Source: Lingula anatina | Lineage: Eukaryota > Animalia > Brachiopoda | DNA: 64,000 bases | NCBI GenBank assembly: GCA_051362555.1 | Contig: CM120644.1 | Span: forward strand, 21,288,534-21,352,533 | Direction: 5' to 3' | Part shown: piece by piece, positions 37,828 to 49,230 of the stretch | Numbering within the stretch: position 1 is the first letter of the stretch | Layout of the letters: every line of letters starts with the position of its first letter | Notes under the pieces: generated by a model | Databases searched by the model: none | Told to the model about the DNA's origin: nothing | The model's input: the letters and a program-made list of their open reading frames with translations, nothing else | Position numbers and translations under genes: made by a program

Positions 37828-37941
37828 GCTTTCCAAAAACCTTATTGTTCCCTTTCCATTGAACTTGACATTTGAAAGTTCTCATCCCCAACCACCTCCC
37901 CAAAAAGTTAATCTCAGTGAATAATCTTAATCCAATTTTTA

Positions 37942-38168
37942 CACCCCATTTCCATAGATTTTTAGATCGATCTATCCCTGTGGGGAGTCTCACTAGATTA
38001 CTGTCAGCTTGGCCGGCTTAAGCGTCTGTCCCGCCTACTAAAAGCTGTAAGGGGGTAAATTAACTATGGTGCCCGCTTGGCTGACTGCAATTTAGCGTGA
38101 ACCCCCAGGGAGTTAGGTCGATCTAAATCTTAATCTTTAGATCGATCTAAATCTCTGGGAAAGCACCC
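37942..38168. mobile_element. Harbinger-like MITE
   Basis: Reverse homolog of 21705-21917; tta / taa flanks. Confidence 0.7.
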
Positions 38169-38194
38169 TAACAGAGAAACAGCTGTAAATACAC

Positions 38195-39171
38195 TCAGTG
38201 TAACATAGTCCAAAATGTGTGATGATAGAAAAGTCCCACAAATCAAATAGTTGTTTTTGTGATGTTTCTCACCTCATAGCAAGGGCAATTGTGAGTTCAA
38301 TGAATGTTCACACAATACCAGTATATATTTTCTGTGGGCATGCAAAAAGATGTCCTTAGAAAAAGAGAATGTGACTTTTGGTTGGCGCTGAAATCCCAGA
38401 AACTGAATGTCCATCAGTCCAGTGATGAAAGTTAAAATGTTTGATAACTCTAATCCCTTTCTTCTGCCAGCTGAAAAGGAAATAGTGAAGTGCCCCATAA
38501 AAAACTTGTAAGCATACATAACACAAACGTAATACATTAATAATTTGTTCCCAAAATAAATAGTGTAGTCAATTACCATAGTCAAAACCTCAACAAAAAA
38601 TATCTACAATAAAGCAGCAGCAGTCAGTAATTTTTCCAAAAACAAACCCAACCTAGAAGTAGACTTGTCCACTATTATAATGATTTAGGGCACATTCCAT
38701 TGAAACTATCATTCTATATAGATTTGCTCCAACTCCACGGAAATTCTGGTTGAATACAATCAGATTAACATGCCTTCTCTTGTTTCCACAAACGCGTATA
38801 ATCACCAGCTTTTTTCTGTATTTTATTCAATGCCAGGAGGCATGTTAATCTGATTGCATTCAGCAAGAGTCCCCGTGGAGTTGGAAGTATCTATATAGTT
38901 TCATTGGGAATGGGCCCTTAGAGGGCAACCTACACTGTTTGTGTTCTACAGAAACAACTCAATTCAATTATTTACTGACAATTTGAAACAAAATATTTAA
39001 ATTTATAATACCAAAACAAGGTTTTTGTCAATTTAAAATAAAAAAACTATTTAATTATTACCTGTAGCCTCTCTTGAATATCTTAAGAATTCTCCATATG
39101 TAACTTCCTCCTCCATTTAGAAGACAATCAAACCATGTTGGGCATGGACCTCCTTGACGTGGGCCAAAGTT
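38195..39171 (-). pseudogene. G2E3-like HECT E3 ubiquitin ligase C-terminal pseudogene
   Basis: Exon ~39171-39062 ends MEEEVTYGEFLRYSREAT; exon from 38470 reads GRRKGLELSNILTFITGLMDIQFLGFQRQPKVTF; frameshifted tail ...LFDLWDFSIITHFGLC; stops and frameshifts present. Confidence 0.65.
38688..38917. mobile_element. PIF/Harbinger MITE with TTA TSD, nearly fully palindromic
   Basis: tta|gggcacattccattgaaactat ... atagtttcattgggaatgggccc|tta; inner arms ctccacgg...atcagattaacatgcct / aggcatgttaatctgat...ccgtggag. Confidence 0.85.
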
Positions 39172-39457
39172 CTGGAAAAATACAATATACAAATACTATC
39201 TTCGTATCATATACAAAAATACAACAAAAACACTCCTAGGAGCTGGGCCAGAGAGATGCACCAACATGGGATACCTGCTGGCTGGGGCTGAAATAATAAA
39301 TAAATGACATTAATAGTACCAGTTATAACTAAACCATGGCATAAGCATGAAATGGCACATTAATAGTTCTCGGTGGACACTGCTGAAAAAATATTTTAAA
39401 AAAAATGTGTTATATTTTTCATTACCTATATTTTGTACAAGAATAAGTACATTTACT

Positions 39458-39711
39458 ACATTGTATCCAGTGTAGCTCTGTAACTAAGTGATAGGAGATA
39501 CAGTGTATCCAGTGTAGCTCTGTAACTAAGTGATAGGAGATACAGTGTATCCAGTGTAGCTCTGTTACTAAGTGATAGGAGATACAGTGTATCCAGTGTA
39601 GCTCTGTAACTAAGTGATAGGAGATACAGTGTATCCAGTGTAGCTCTGTAACTAAGTGATAGGAGATATAGTGTATCCAGTGTAGCTCTGTTACTAAGTG
39701 ATAGGAGATAT
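39458..39711. repeat. 42-bp tandem repeat, ~6 copies
   Basis: (agtgtatccagtgtagctctgtaactaagtgataggagatac)n. Confidence 0.95.
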
Positions 39712-41289
39712 GAACCCTTAATCATAATGCTTCATTAAACACAGACATTATTTCAGATCTTTTGTGATAAAATCGAAGGTAAAACTTTTAAGAAAATTTT
39801 CTGGATAAGTTTGCAGTATTTGTTGTTGTGATCAAATGGGTGTTAAAACAGTGCTGTTAGCTGATCAGGTGAGGAAGATGTGTTTGCATTCAATATTACA
39901 GTTTTCAACCCTAGAATGCTGTTTTTACACCATGAAGCTGGCAAATTCACCCCAATTTATTTTGGGTGCAGCAGGATTATCTTATAACATGACAATATTT
40001 ATTTTCCATCTAAGAAGATAAGGAAAAAACCCAAATGTAACAATCAATCTCTCTTAAGTGATACCACTGAAAGCATAACAATTGACAAAGAACCACGGCA
40101 TGAAGAATCCATAATCAATACAACAGCTTGAAAATGCTTTAAATTTATTTATATATGTATATATTTATATATATTATGTATATATAATGATACTGTGAAA
40201 ATGAAAAAAATATAAAAGATATTTTGCTAGACTGTAATGTTTGAAACAAATTATTATCTCCCGCAACTGTCATTTTAGAACATGGTTCCTCACAAATTTG
40301 TTTGTTACATTACTGCAATAATACTGTAATAATACTGCTTACCATATTACCTTCCAGTCTCTGGCTGTGTAAATCCCACTTGTCCTAAAAACTTGTCACA
40401 TCCCATGTGTTACATATCAGGGCAGGATGAAGGCGAGGGATGTTCTCGCTGGTCTTTTACTGTCTGTTCTTTATTATTAAAAGCCATGCCCATGTGGCCA
40501 GCTGCTGCCCAGAAGCCACCATGTCATACAGAAAGGTGCTGGAAAAAAATTAAACAGTCCAGTCAACCACTAGTCTTGGTCATGAAGAAATCTGGTGTGT
40601 TTTTGTATGGACAACATTTCTAAGACCCCATTCACATTTACCTTTATCGATCTAGCAGGATCGACCCATCTAGGAAGAGAGTTTGGTGAAAGAAACAAAG
40701 GTCATTTCCAGGCACTATGCTGATCCACCTGACCATAGTTTCTGTCCAGATGGTAAGACTACACAGATTTGACTTATTCGATGCTCACATCTCAAAAGAA
40801 GCTGTTATGAAATTTTTGCATTGACAGTTACTTGGGGAGCTTAATTACACTTTTCTTTAAGAAAATAAGAAAAAAATTATATTTTGCAATTGACATAGTA
40901 ATTGAGGAATTAAGAGCATCAGTACAGTACAGATCAATGACACAGAGAGAAACACACGGAAACAAAGCAAGGACAAACAATGGATAAAAGAGCACTGTAT
41001 CCGTTTAACCTCTTCTACCTTTGGAAAAATTTGCAAGTGCACAGTAAGAACTGATAGAATTAAACTTGCTAATTCTTTTGTGTGCCATAAGAAGGTTGAT
41101 GCACCATCACTCCGACATGGATGTCAGTATGAACACATAGCTGTCAGCATGAAGAGACATCAGGTGTATCCGTCTGATTTGTAAGCCACCCTTAAGTTCC
41201 GTTGAAGGAGTGACAGCTTACATTTATTTGCACTACATTTGGGACCAAAGATGACTCCCACTATAAACCTCCCACACCCAGCTCAAACA

Positions 41290-41670
41290 AATGGCTCAAA
41301 TGCATCCTGCGGCCCTACATGGACAGACGGCCAGCCCTACTGATCCTGGAAACGTTCTCTGCACACACAACAGAGAAAGTGAGGGAGGTAGCATGCAAAG
41401 CCAATGCCACCATGGCTGTCATCCCTGGGGGTTGTACATCTAGGGCCCAGCCCCTAGACGTGTCCTTGAATAGACCTTTCAAGGTTCACCTAAGGAAAAT
41501 GTAGACGGAGCACATGCAACGGTTAGCCATGGAAACAAAGGGTAAGTTTGAGAAATTGCCAGTTAACAGGACATTGTTGCATGGGTGGCATCGGCATGGA
41601 ACAATATCAGCCCCAAAATGGTAGTCAAGTTGTTCTTAACAACTGGGATCATCAGTGCATTGAAGGGGGA
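41290..41670 (+). pseudogene. pogo/Tigger DDE_1 transposase remnant
   Basis: ALLILETFSAHTTEKV...IPGGCTSRAQPLDVSLNRPFK, then WVASAWNNISPKMVVKLF; stop codon and frameshift. Confidence 0.85.
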
Positions 41671-41899
41671 GGGATCCTGTCCAACCAATGTTGTCCCAGA
41701 TGTTTTGTTTAGCAGTGATGAGGGGGGTGACTTTTTGGGTTTTTCTGATGCAAGAGATGATTGACAGTGAGGATCCTTTTACAGATCTTACACAAACAAC
41801 CAATGACCTCGAGAAATCTAAATCTTGAGGCAACTCGGAGAAATGACCAATCAATTACCAACCCATCAGCCGACTTAAAAAAAGAATTCCACCAATCGA

Positions 41900-43467
41900 A
41901 TCATAGAGGGATTAAGTGCTTACAAACAAAGCACAAATCACATTAACCAATCAAAATTTAGAATCTCAGAGGAGGTCCTTAACGTCCGTGCACCAAACAC
42001 TTATAATGAGATCAAGCATGGAAGCAAGCATAAGTCTGTCTTCACAGCAATCAATCACAATGTATCCAGATAGCAGAAAGAACACCTACAAACACAACAA
42101 CTTTAGACACAACAGAGAGAACCACCAGTGGCTGAAAGCAAGACAACATGACTCTCAGAAATGGCACACAACAGGACCGCCAAAAGGCAGAATACCCAAG
42201 TGACCCGCACCCCGAGTTCCCCACGCGCCTCTAATAACACGCATTACGAGGAGGTGATGGAAACTAAACAGTACATCACAGGATGTACAGAGAGGGTGAA
42301 CCACATAAACCGGCAACTAGAAAGGGGAACACACAAAGTCAGAGCCAGGATAGATTTTAAAGGATGTCCTGGCCACGAGGCTCTCACCACCAAGCTAACT
42401 GAAATCCAAAACAAGGCTACAGAGGCAATCAAGCATACAATCAACTCCACATACAGGTTTTTGTGAAAAGGGCCAAGGAGAACCATGAAGAAGCCCTAGC
42501 CCGCAAAAGCAAGGCAGAGGACTTCTTTAAAATGCATGGGACGTATAAAATCAACGCCAGCCCTCAACCCACTCCCAACACCAACCCAGATCTACTGGAA
42601 CAGGTCCGTGCTCTGCATTTAACAATGAAATCCAAGAAGAAGAAGATCGTCACATTGACCAAAGCAAAACGCCGCACAGCTGCCACCCTGAAGCGCCTCA
42701 AATGAGCCAGCAACACATTTAAAACAGCCCTTTTCGGGGCTACACACATGCTCAGGAAAAGCAATACCATAATGTTCATATATATTGTAATAAATAAACA
42801 AGCCACAAGACCACTCTTTTGTCCCATCCCAAGAGCGAGAAACCCTCTCTTTGCTTTGAAAGAAATCATGACCCTAGGGCGAGAGGCCCAAATATGACTA
42901 ATAAAAAAAACATTAAAAAATAAAGAAGTCGCAGAATACTCACCTGGTCTTAACACCACTTGAATTGGGTTTAACTAAAAAGAATGGGAATCACATCTGC
43001 TGTGCCGTCTATCTTAAACCTTGTTAAAAGTTGCGAGTCATTAGGATGAAAAATACTAGCCACCTAGCCAAAAACTTAGCAACGGCGGCCCTCCTAAAAT
43101 CAGTACCAACCTCACGAGGACTAGGAGATAACCTCACACCTCAAATCCTAATCTCCAAATAAATTTCAGAAAAGACCCTGAGTCTCAACCAATCAACGGA
43201 CAACCCTAGACTATTTAGAAACCAGAGGGCCTGCATAACCAGTTCTACCTCAGCTATTGAGCAATTAACACGTTGTTGTCAGAACTCCCTGGCTCACAAT
43301 AGTGACACGCAGGTGACTGTCCTTATCACCTTACTGTGCCGCTATCGGTAAGCAACACAACCACAGAAGCGGAGCACAGCACTGACCACCCCTCACACCC
43401 CCTTTCTCTATGACTCTGCAGCTGATGAAGGTCACTTGTTGACCCGAAAAGCGCTTTCTGCAACCAG
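41900..43467 (+). mobile_element. Degenerate Penelope-like retroelement (tail continues at 50083-50235 after the CACTA insertion)
   Basis: Broken helical ORFs 42161-42705, A/C-rich composition and a 3' minimal hammerhead motif; no RT domain visible. Confidence 0.35.
43417..43462 (+). ncRNA. Minimal type-I hammerhead ribozyme motif
   Basis: Stem I TGCAG/CTGCA; CTGATGA (43422-43428); stem II GGTCA-cttgt-TGACC; GAAA (43446-43449); short stem III with palindromic AGCGCT; UH site. Confidence 0.7.
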
Positions 43468-45558
43468 CCCAGATAGCAAGCATACGTTGGGCCAACGTAG
43501 GGGAATCGTTGGTTTGTTGGCACATAGTTGGTGTTGGTAGTAATACGTTGGCCCAACGTTGGCCCAACCACATCATAATATGCACAACATAACTGCAATA
43601 TGCTCACGTTGGCCCAACGTTGGGCCAACGTGTGTATATTTATTGCATACGTTGGCCTAACGTTGGGCCAACGTATCCAATTTTAATTAATACAGAAATA
43701 TTTTAATTATAACAGAAACATTATTCATTTCTATTGAGTTGTTTTAACAACTCAATAGAAAGGAATAATGTTTCTGTTATAATAAAAATGTTTCTGTTCA
43801 CAACTGAGAATCACATGTGCTTATCTATTGATCAGTAACATATAGTTTTTAGGATTAATTTTTTTTTTTTTTATGAAGAGTTTGTCAAATTCCTTGGGTT
43901 AAAAAACAGTTTTCTGCTTTTATTTGTCTTCCAAGCTATATACTCTCATATGTAGTACATAGACTTCACCTATAAAAAAATAACTGAGTGAACAGATTTA
44001 TATTTTTAAATAATGCTGTGAAACATATTTTTTATTATTGCTATTATTATTATTGTTATTGAAATCAGACAAATGATTGAAATCTTATTATAATATGTAC
44101 AATTGTACAATATATAAATTTTAAACTTTATAGTTAGCATCAATTGACTTTTGATTAAAGTAAACCGGTAACTTTCACTGGACCAGATTCATTACAAGCC
44201 AGGTGTTTATCTTAACTGTCAGTTTGATATAAACAGTTTGCCTACTGCCTGCTCAAACAGGTCAAATAACTAAACATAGCACAGTCTTAAGCGCGCGCGG
44301 TCAGTTGAGCCAATTCAAAAATCTAAGCCAGAAGGTCAGAAATGTTCTAAGGAAGAGGCAAGAATTACGACTGAAAGCATTGATTTCTGGATATAAAAAG
44401 AAGACATCTTTTTGGAAATTGGAAATGAAGAGATAAAGAGACAGGATAAGAAGTGAGCATGTACTGGTAAGTGACTTTTTAATTGTGTATTTTCCCATTA
44501 TTTACTGATGCACCAGGATCCATACAGCCTTGAAAAATGTTCAAATTTAGTCCAGCACTTTGGACTAGTTTAAATGTAACTTTGAAAAGTACTTGAAAAT
44601 GCTATTAGGCTTGAAAAAGGTTTGCATTTCAGCATTTTGTCTTTGTAAAAATATTATTTAAAACTTTGTAGTTTATTGACATGAATACAGACAATGATTC
44701 ACAGATGGGGGTATACCTTACGTTTTAATACATCATTACTTGTACTTTTATTTTCAACTTTTCATCATCAATGTGTTACAAAGACAAAGTTTAAATGAAA
44801 TGAGTCCTTTTTCCTTTGGTATGTACACTTTAAAATGACTGTATTCATGTATAACTTGCCCTCATTAGTTAAAAATCATTGAAAATGATTTGAATTAGAG
44901 CCTTAAAAGTCCTTGGAAGCCAATTGTTCTTATGTGTCTGTATGAATCCTGGCCAGTAAATTATGTGATAGAGTTGTTGGAATGATTAAATGATGTGGAA
45001 TTTAGTAGTACATTACAGTTGTCTAAAAACTGAATTCATTGCCAAGTGTACACGTAAGAACTAATTTAAATAAATCACTATACATTACTGCACACAAGAC
45101 ACACACTTTTATAGTTAAGATATTGGCTGTTGCCTAACTTAGAAAAGGTAGGGACATTATCATATAATACACACCTATTAGCACTAGTTTGTATATGAAA
45201 ACAGTGATGGGGGAAGAGGTACAGTCATGTTATGTACCATACCAATTCTAGCATTATATTTCAAGTGTTTTTAATATTTAAATTTGTAGGTGCAGCACAC
45301 TCTTCTGTGACTGGTTAGACAAATATATTGAGGATACATCCAACTAGAGGATCAGAGAGGCGATACCGCCTCCGAATATTGTACCACCAGCTGGAGCAAG
45401 CGCATTCGTATAGACCCCCACATACACAAAATAAGGGGTGCAGCCACCAGTCTTGTGCTTGACAAGCTGTAAAAATGCAATCAACAAGAATTTTCAAAAT
45501 ATGCAAAAAATATATATAACTAAAAATGGTGCAATCAAAGTTAAGTTCATTGTAAGGT

Positions 45559-47126
45559 AGGTCAAAGGTCAATTTCAAGGTCACAGTAAATTGCCAGTAT
45601 ATGACTTCCTATCCAACTTCAATAGTAACTATGGACCTATCTCTGCCAGTTTTGGAGATAAAAGGGAAGCAAAATTTGCAAAGTTCAGTTCATGGTGAAA
45701 AGTAGGTCAAAGGTCAATTTCAAGGTCACAGTAAGATTGCCAGTATATGACTTCCTATTCAACTTCAATAGTAACTATGGACCTATCTCTGCCAGTTTTG
45801 GAGATAAAAGGGAAGCAAAATTTGCAAAGTTCAGTTCATGGTGAAAAGTAGGTCAAAGGTCAATTTCAAGGTCACATTTAGATTGCCAGTATATGACTTC
45901 CTATTCAACTTCAATAGTAACTATGGACCTATCTCTGCCAGTTTTGGAGATAAAAGGGAAGCAAAATTTGCAAAGTTCAGTTCATGGTGAAAAGAAGGTC
46001 AAAGGTCAATTTCAAGGACACAGTAAAATTGCCAGTATATGACTTCCTATGCAAGTTCAATAGTAACTATGGACCTATCTCTGCCAGTTTTGGAGATAAA
46101 AGGGAAGCAAATTTTGCAAAGTTCAGTTCAAGGTGAAAAGTAGGTCAAAGGTCAATTTCAAGGTCACAGTAAAATTGCCAGTATATGACTTCCTATTCAA
46201 GTTCAATAGTAACTATGGACCTATCTCTGCCAGTTTTGGAGATAAAAGGGAAGCAAAATTTGCAAAGTTCAGTTCATGGTGATAAGTAGGTCAAAGGTCA
46301 ATTTCAAGGTCACAGTAAGATTGCCAGTATATGACTTCCTATTCAACTTCAATAGTAACTATGGACCTATCTCTGCCAGTTTTGGAGATAAAAGGGAAGC
46401 AAAATTTGCAAAGTTCAGTTCATGGTGAAAAGTAGGTCAAAGGTCAATTTCAAGGTCACATTTAGATTGCCAGTATATGACTTCCTATTCAACTTCAATA
46501 GTAACTATGGACCTATCTCTGCCAGTTTTGGAGATAAAAGGGAAGCAAAATTTGCAAAGTTCAGTTCATGGTGAAAAGAAGGTCAAAGGTCAATTTCAAG
46601 GTCACAGTAAAATTGCCAGTATATGACTTCCTATGCAAGTTCAATAGTAACTATGGACCTATCTCTGCCAGTTTTGGAGATAAAAGGGAAGCAAATTTTG
46701 CAAAGTTCAGTTCAAGGTGAAAAGTAGGTCAAAGGTCAATTTCAAGGTCACAGTAAAATTGCCAGTATATGACTTCCTATTCAAGTTCAATAGTAACTAT
46801 GGACCTATCTCTGCCAGTTTTGGAGATAAAAGGGAAGCAAAATTTGCAAAGTTCAGTTCATGGTGATAAGTAGGTCAAAGGTCAATTTCAAGGTCACAGT
46901 AAGATTGCCAGTATATGACTTCCTATTCAACTTCAATAGTAACTATGGACCTATCTCTGCCAGTTTTGGAGATAAAAGGGAAGCAAAATTTGCAAAGTTC
47001 AGTTCATGGTGAAAAGTAGGTCAAAGGTCAATGTCAAGGTCACAGTAAGATTGCCAGTATATGACTTCCTATTCAACTTCAATAGTAACTATGGACCTAT
47101 CTCTGCCAGTTTTGGAGATATAAGGG
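45559..47126. repeat. 146-bp satellite array, ~11 monomers
   Basis: aggtcaaaggtca anchor at 45559, 45704, 45850, 45996, 46142, 46288, 46434, 46580, 46726, 46872, 47018. Confidence 0.97.
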
Positions 47127-47372
47127 ACTAAATGTTATAATTTTGGAGTTACCATAATGTGCCATAAATTTCCTACAGAAAAAATTAATTAAAATAAAGA
47201 AAAGGTCATTTTGGTCAAAGTTCTTGAAATGGGAGGTTCTCTGAAGTTGCAGAAGTTTAAATTTGATAAAATAATGTCATTTTTGACCACAAGTTGTCTG
47301 CTTTGCCAAGCATTATGTTTTATTTTTCCGGAGTTCAAAATTTATTATCCATTACCGTACTGCACATTTTTA

Positions 47373-47660
47373 CGGAAGCCGACTGGTGCCATATGTTGAA
47401 AAAAAAAATTATCTCGAAATTTCGAGATAGCATTTTTTTTGTTCAAATTTCAAAATACTATCTCGAAATTTCGAGATAAATTTTTTTGCTCAAATATCAA
47501 AATGCTATCTCGAAATTTCGAGATAATTTTTTTTTTTGTTCAAATTTCAAAATGCTATCTCGAAATTTCGAGATAAAAATTTTTTTTGTTCAAATTTCAA
47601 AATAGTATCTCGAAATTTCGAGATAATTTTTTTTCTACATATGGCACCAGTCGGCTTCCG
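47373..47660. mobile_element. TA-flanked MITE with internal palindrome array
   Basis: ta|cggaagccgactggtgccatatg ... catatggcaccagtcggcttccg|ta; five copies of tatctcgaaatttcgagata. Confidence 0.9.
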
Positions 47661-49230
47661 TACATTTTCCTTTCACCACCAATATGTACTTTCTGATACA
47701 GCGTAACTCGAAAACCGTATGGAATACAAAAAAACCGAGACCACCTCCAGTGTTGGGCTTTACATGCTCTACAAAATGCAAAAAAGAATGGGTCTCTAGC
47801 ATTAACGGTTCCCGAATTAGAGACAGTTTTCAGTTTCGGTATCTTATGGCCGCTACTCCTGTGAAAATGCACCGATTGACCCCAAATTCACGGAGATGAA
47901 AGATGACCTGAAGGGTAACACTTTCCAATAATATTATTGGTTAAGTCTGTGTGGCGTCTGAATAACAGGGCAAAAAAATTTTTTTTCGTAAAAAATTTCA
48001 TTTTTTTGAAAATTTTGACCCATTTGACCTTGAAGTAAAGGTCAAAGGTCAAATCCGAGGGTATATTTGAAATCTACACATATGACTTTTGGAAAGCCGT
48101 CTATAGAAATTTTTCCCGTAACTCCTTCTGTAGGGTAGATAATTAGCATTTAATTTTGCCATTTTTAGACAAGGGTGCATTGCAATGAGTGCCACACCCA
48201 GACCCCAATACCGACAAAGCCCAAATTTTACGTGGAACGAGTTGAGATTATAGGTGACCTAAATCCATGAGATGGGTACGGGGGCCCTTACCGTCTAGGA
48301 GGAGAAGCGGTAACGGTAACATGGCGGCGGAGCCGGCGGAACGGACCGGACGGGACCGAAACCATGTGTACCGCCAGCGCTAACGCTGGTGGTAAATTTT
48401 TTTGTTCAAATTTCAAAATAGTATCTCGAAATTTCGAGATAATTTTTTTTTCTACATATGGCACCAGTGGGCTTCCGTACATTTTCCTTTCACCACCAAT
48501 ATGTACTTTTTGATACAGCGTAACTCGAAAACCGTATGGAATACAAAAAAACCGAGACCACTTCCAGTGTTGGGCTTTACATGCTCTACAAAATGCAAAA
48601 AAGAATGGGTCTCTAGCATTAACGGTTCCCGAATTAGAGACAGTTTTCAGTTTCGGTATCTTATGGCCGCTACTCCTGTGAAAATGCACCGATTGACCCC
48701 AAATTCACGGAGATGAAAGATGACCTGAAGGGTAACACTTTCCAATAATATTATTGGTTAAGTCTGTGTGGTGTCTGAATAACAGGGCAAAAAATTTTTT
48801 TTTCGTAAAAAATTTCATTTTTTTGAAAATTTTGGCCCATTTGACCTTGAAGTAAAGGTCAAAGGTCAAATCCGAGGGTATATTTGAAATCTACACATAT
48901 GACTTTTGGAAAGCCGTCTGTAGAAATTTTTCCCGTAACTCCTTCCGTAGGGTAGATAATTAGCATTTAATTTTGCCATTTTTGGACAAGGGTGCATTGC
49001 AATGAGTGCCACACCCAGACCCCAATACCGACAAAGCCCAAATTTTACGTGGAACGAGTTGAGATTATAGGTGACCTAAATCCATGACATGGGTATGGGG
49101 GGCCTTACCGTCTAGGAGGAGAAGCGGTAACGGTAGCCGTCCGGCGGAGCCGGCGGAGCCGGCGGAGCCGGCGGAACGATCCGGACGAGACCGAAACCAT
49201 GTGTACCGCCAGCGCTAACGCTGGTGGTAC
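47578..49230. repeat. ~817-bp tandem duplication of the HINE 3' part
   Basis: 47578-48394 and 48395-49230 are near-identical; the ORF pair ending at 47899 and 48716 is offset by 817 bp. Confidence 0.95.

Noticed and set aside
39456-39725. 89-aa repetitive ORF (LSLSYRATLDTLYL)n
   Set aside because: By-product of a 42-bp tandem repeat whose length is divisible by 3; no splice or homology support
45559-47126. CRISPR-like array
   Set aside because: Monomers are contiguous and near-identical with no unique spacers; eukaryotic context and no cas genes
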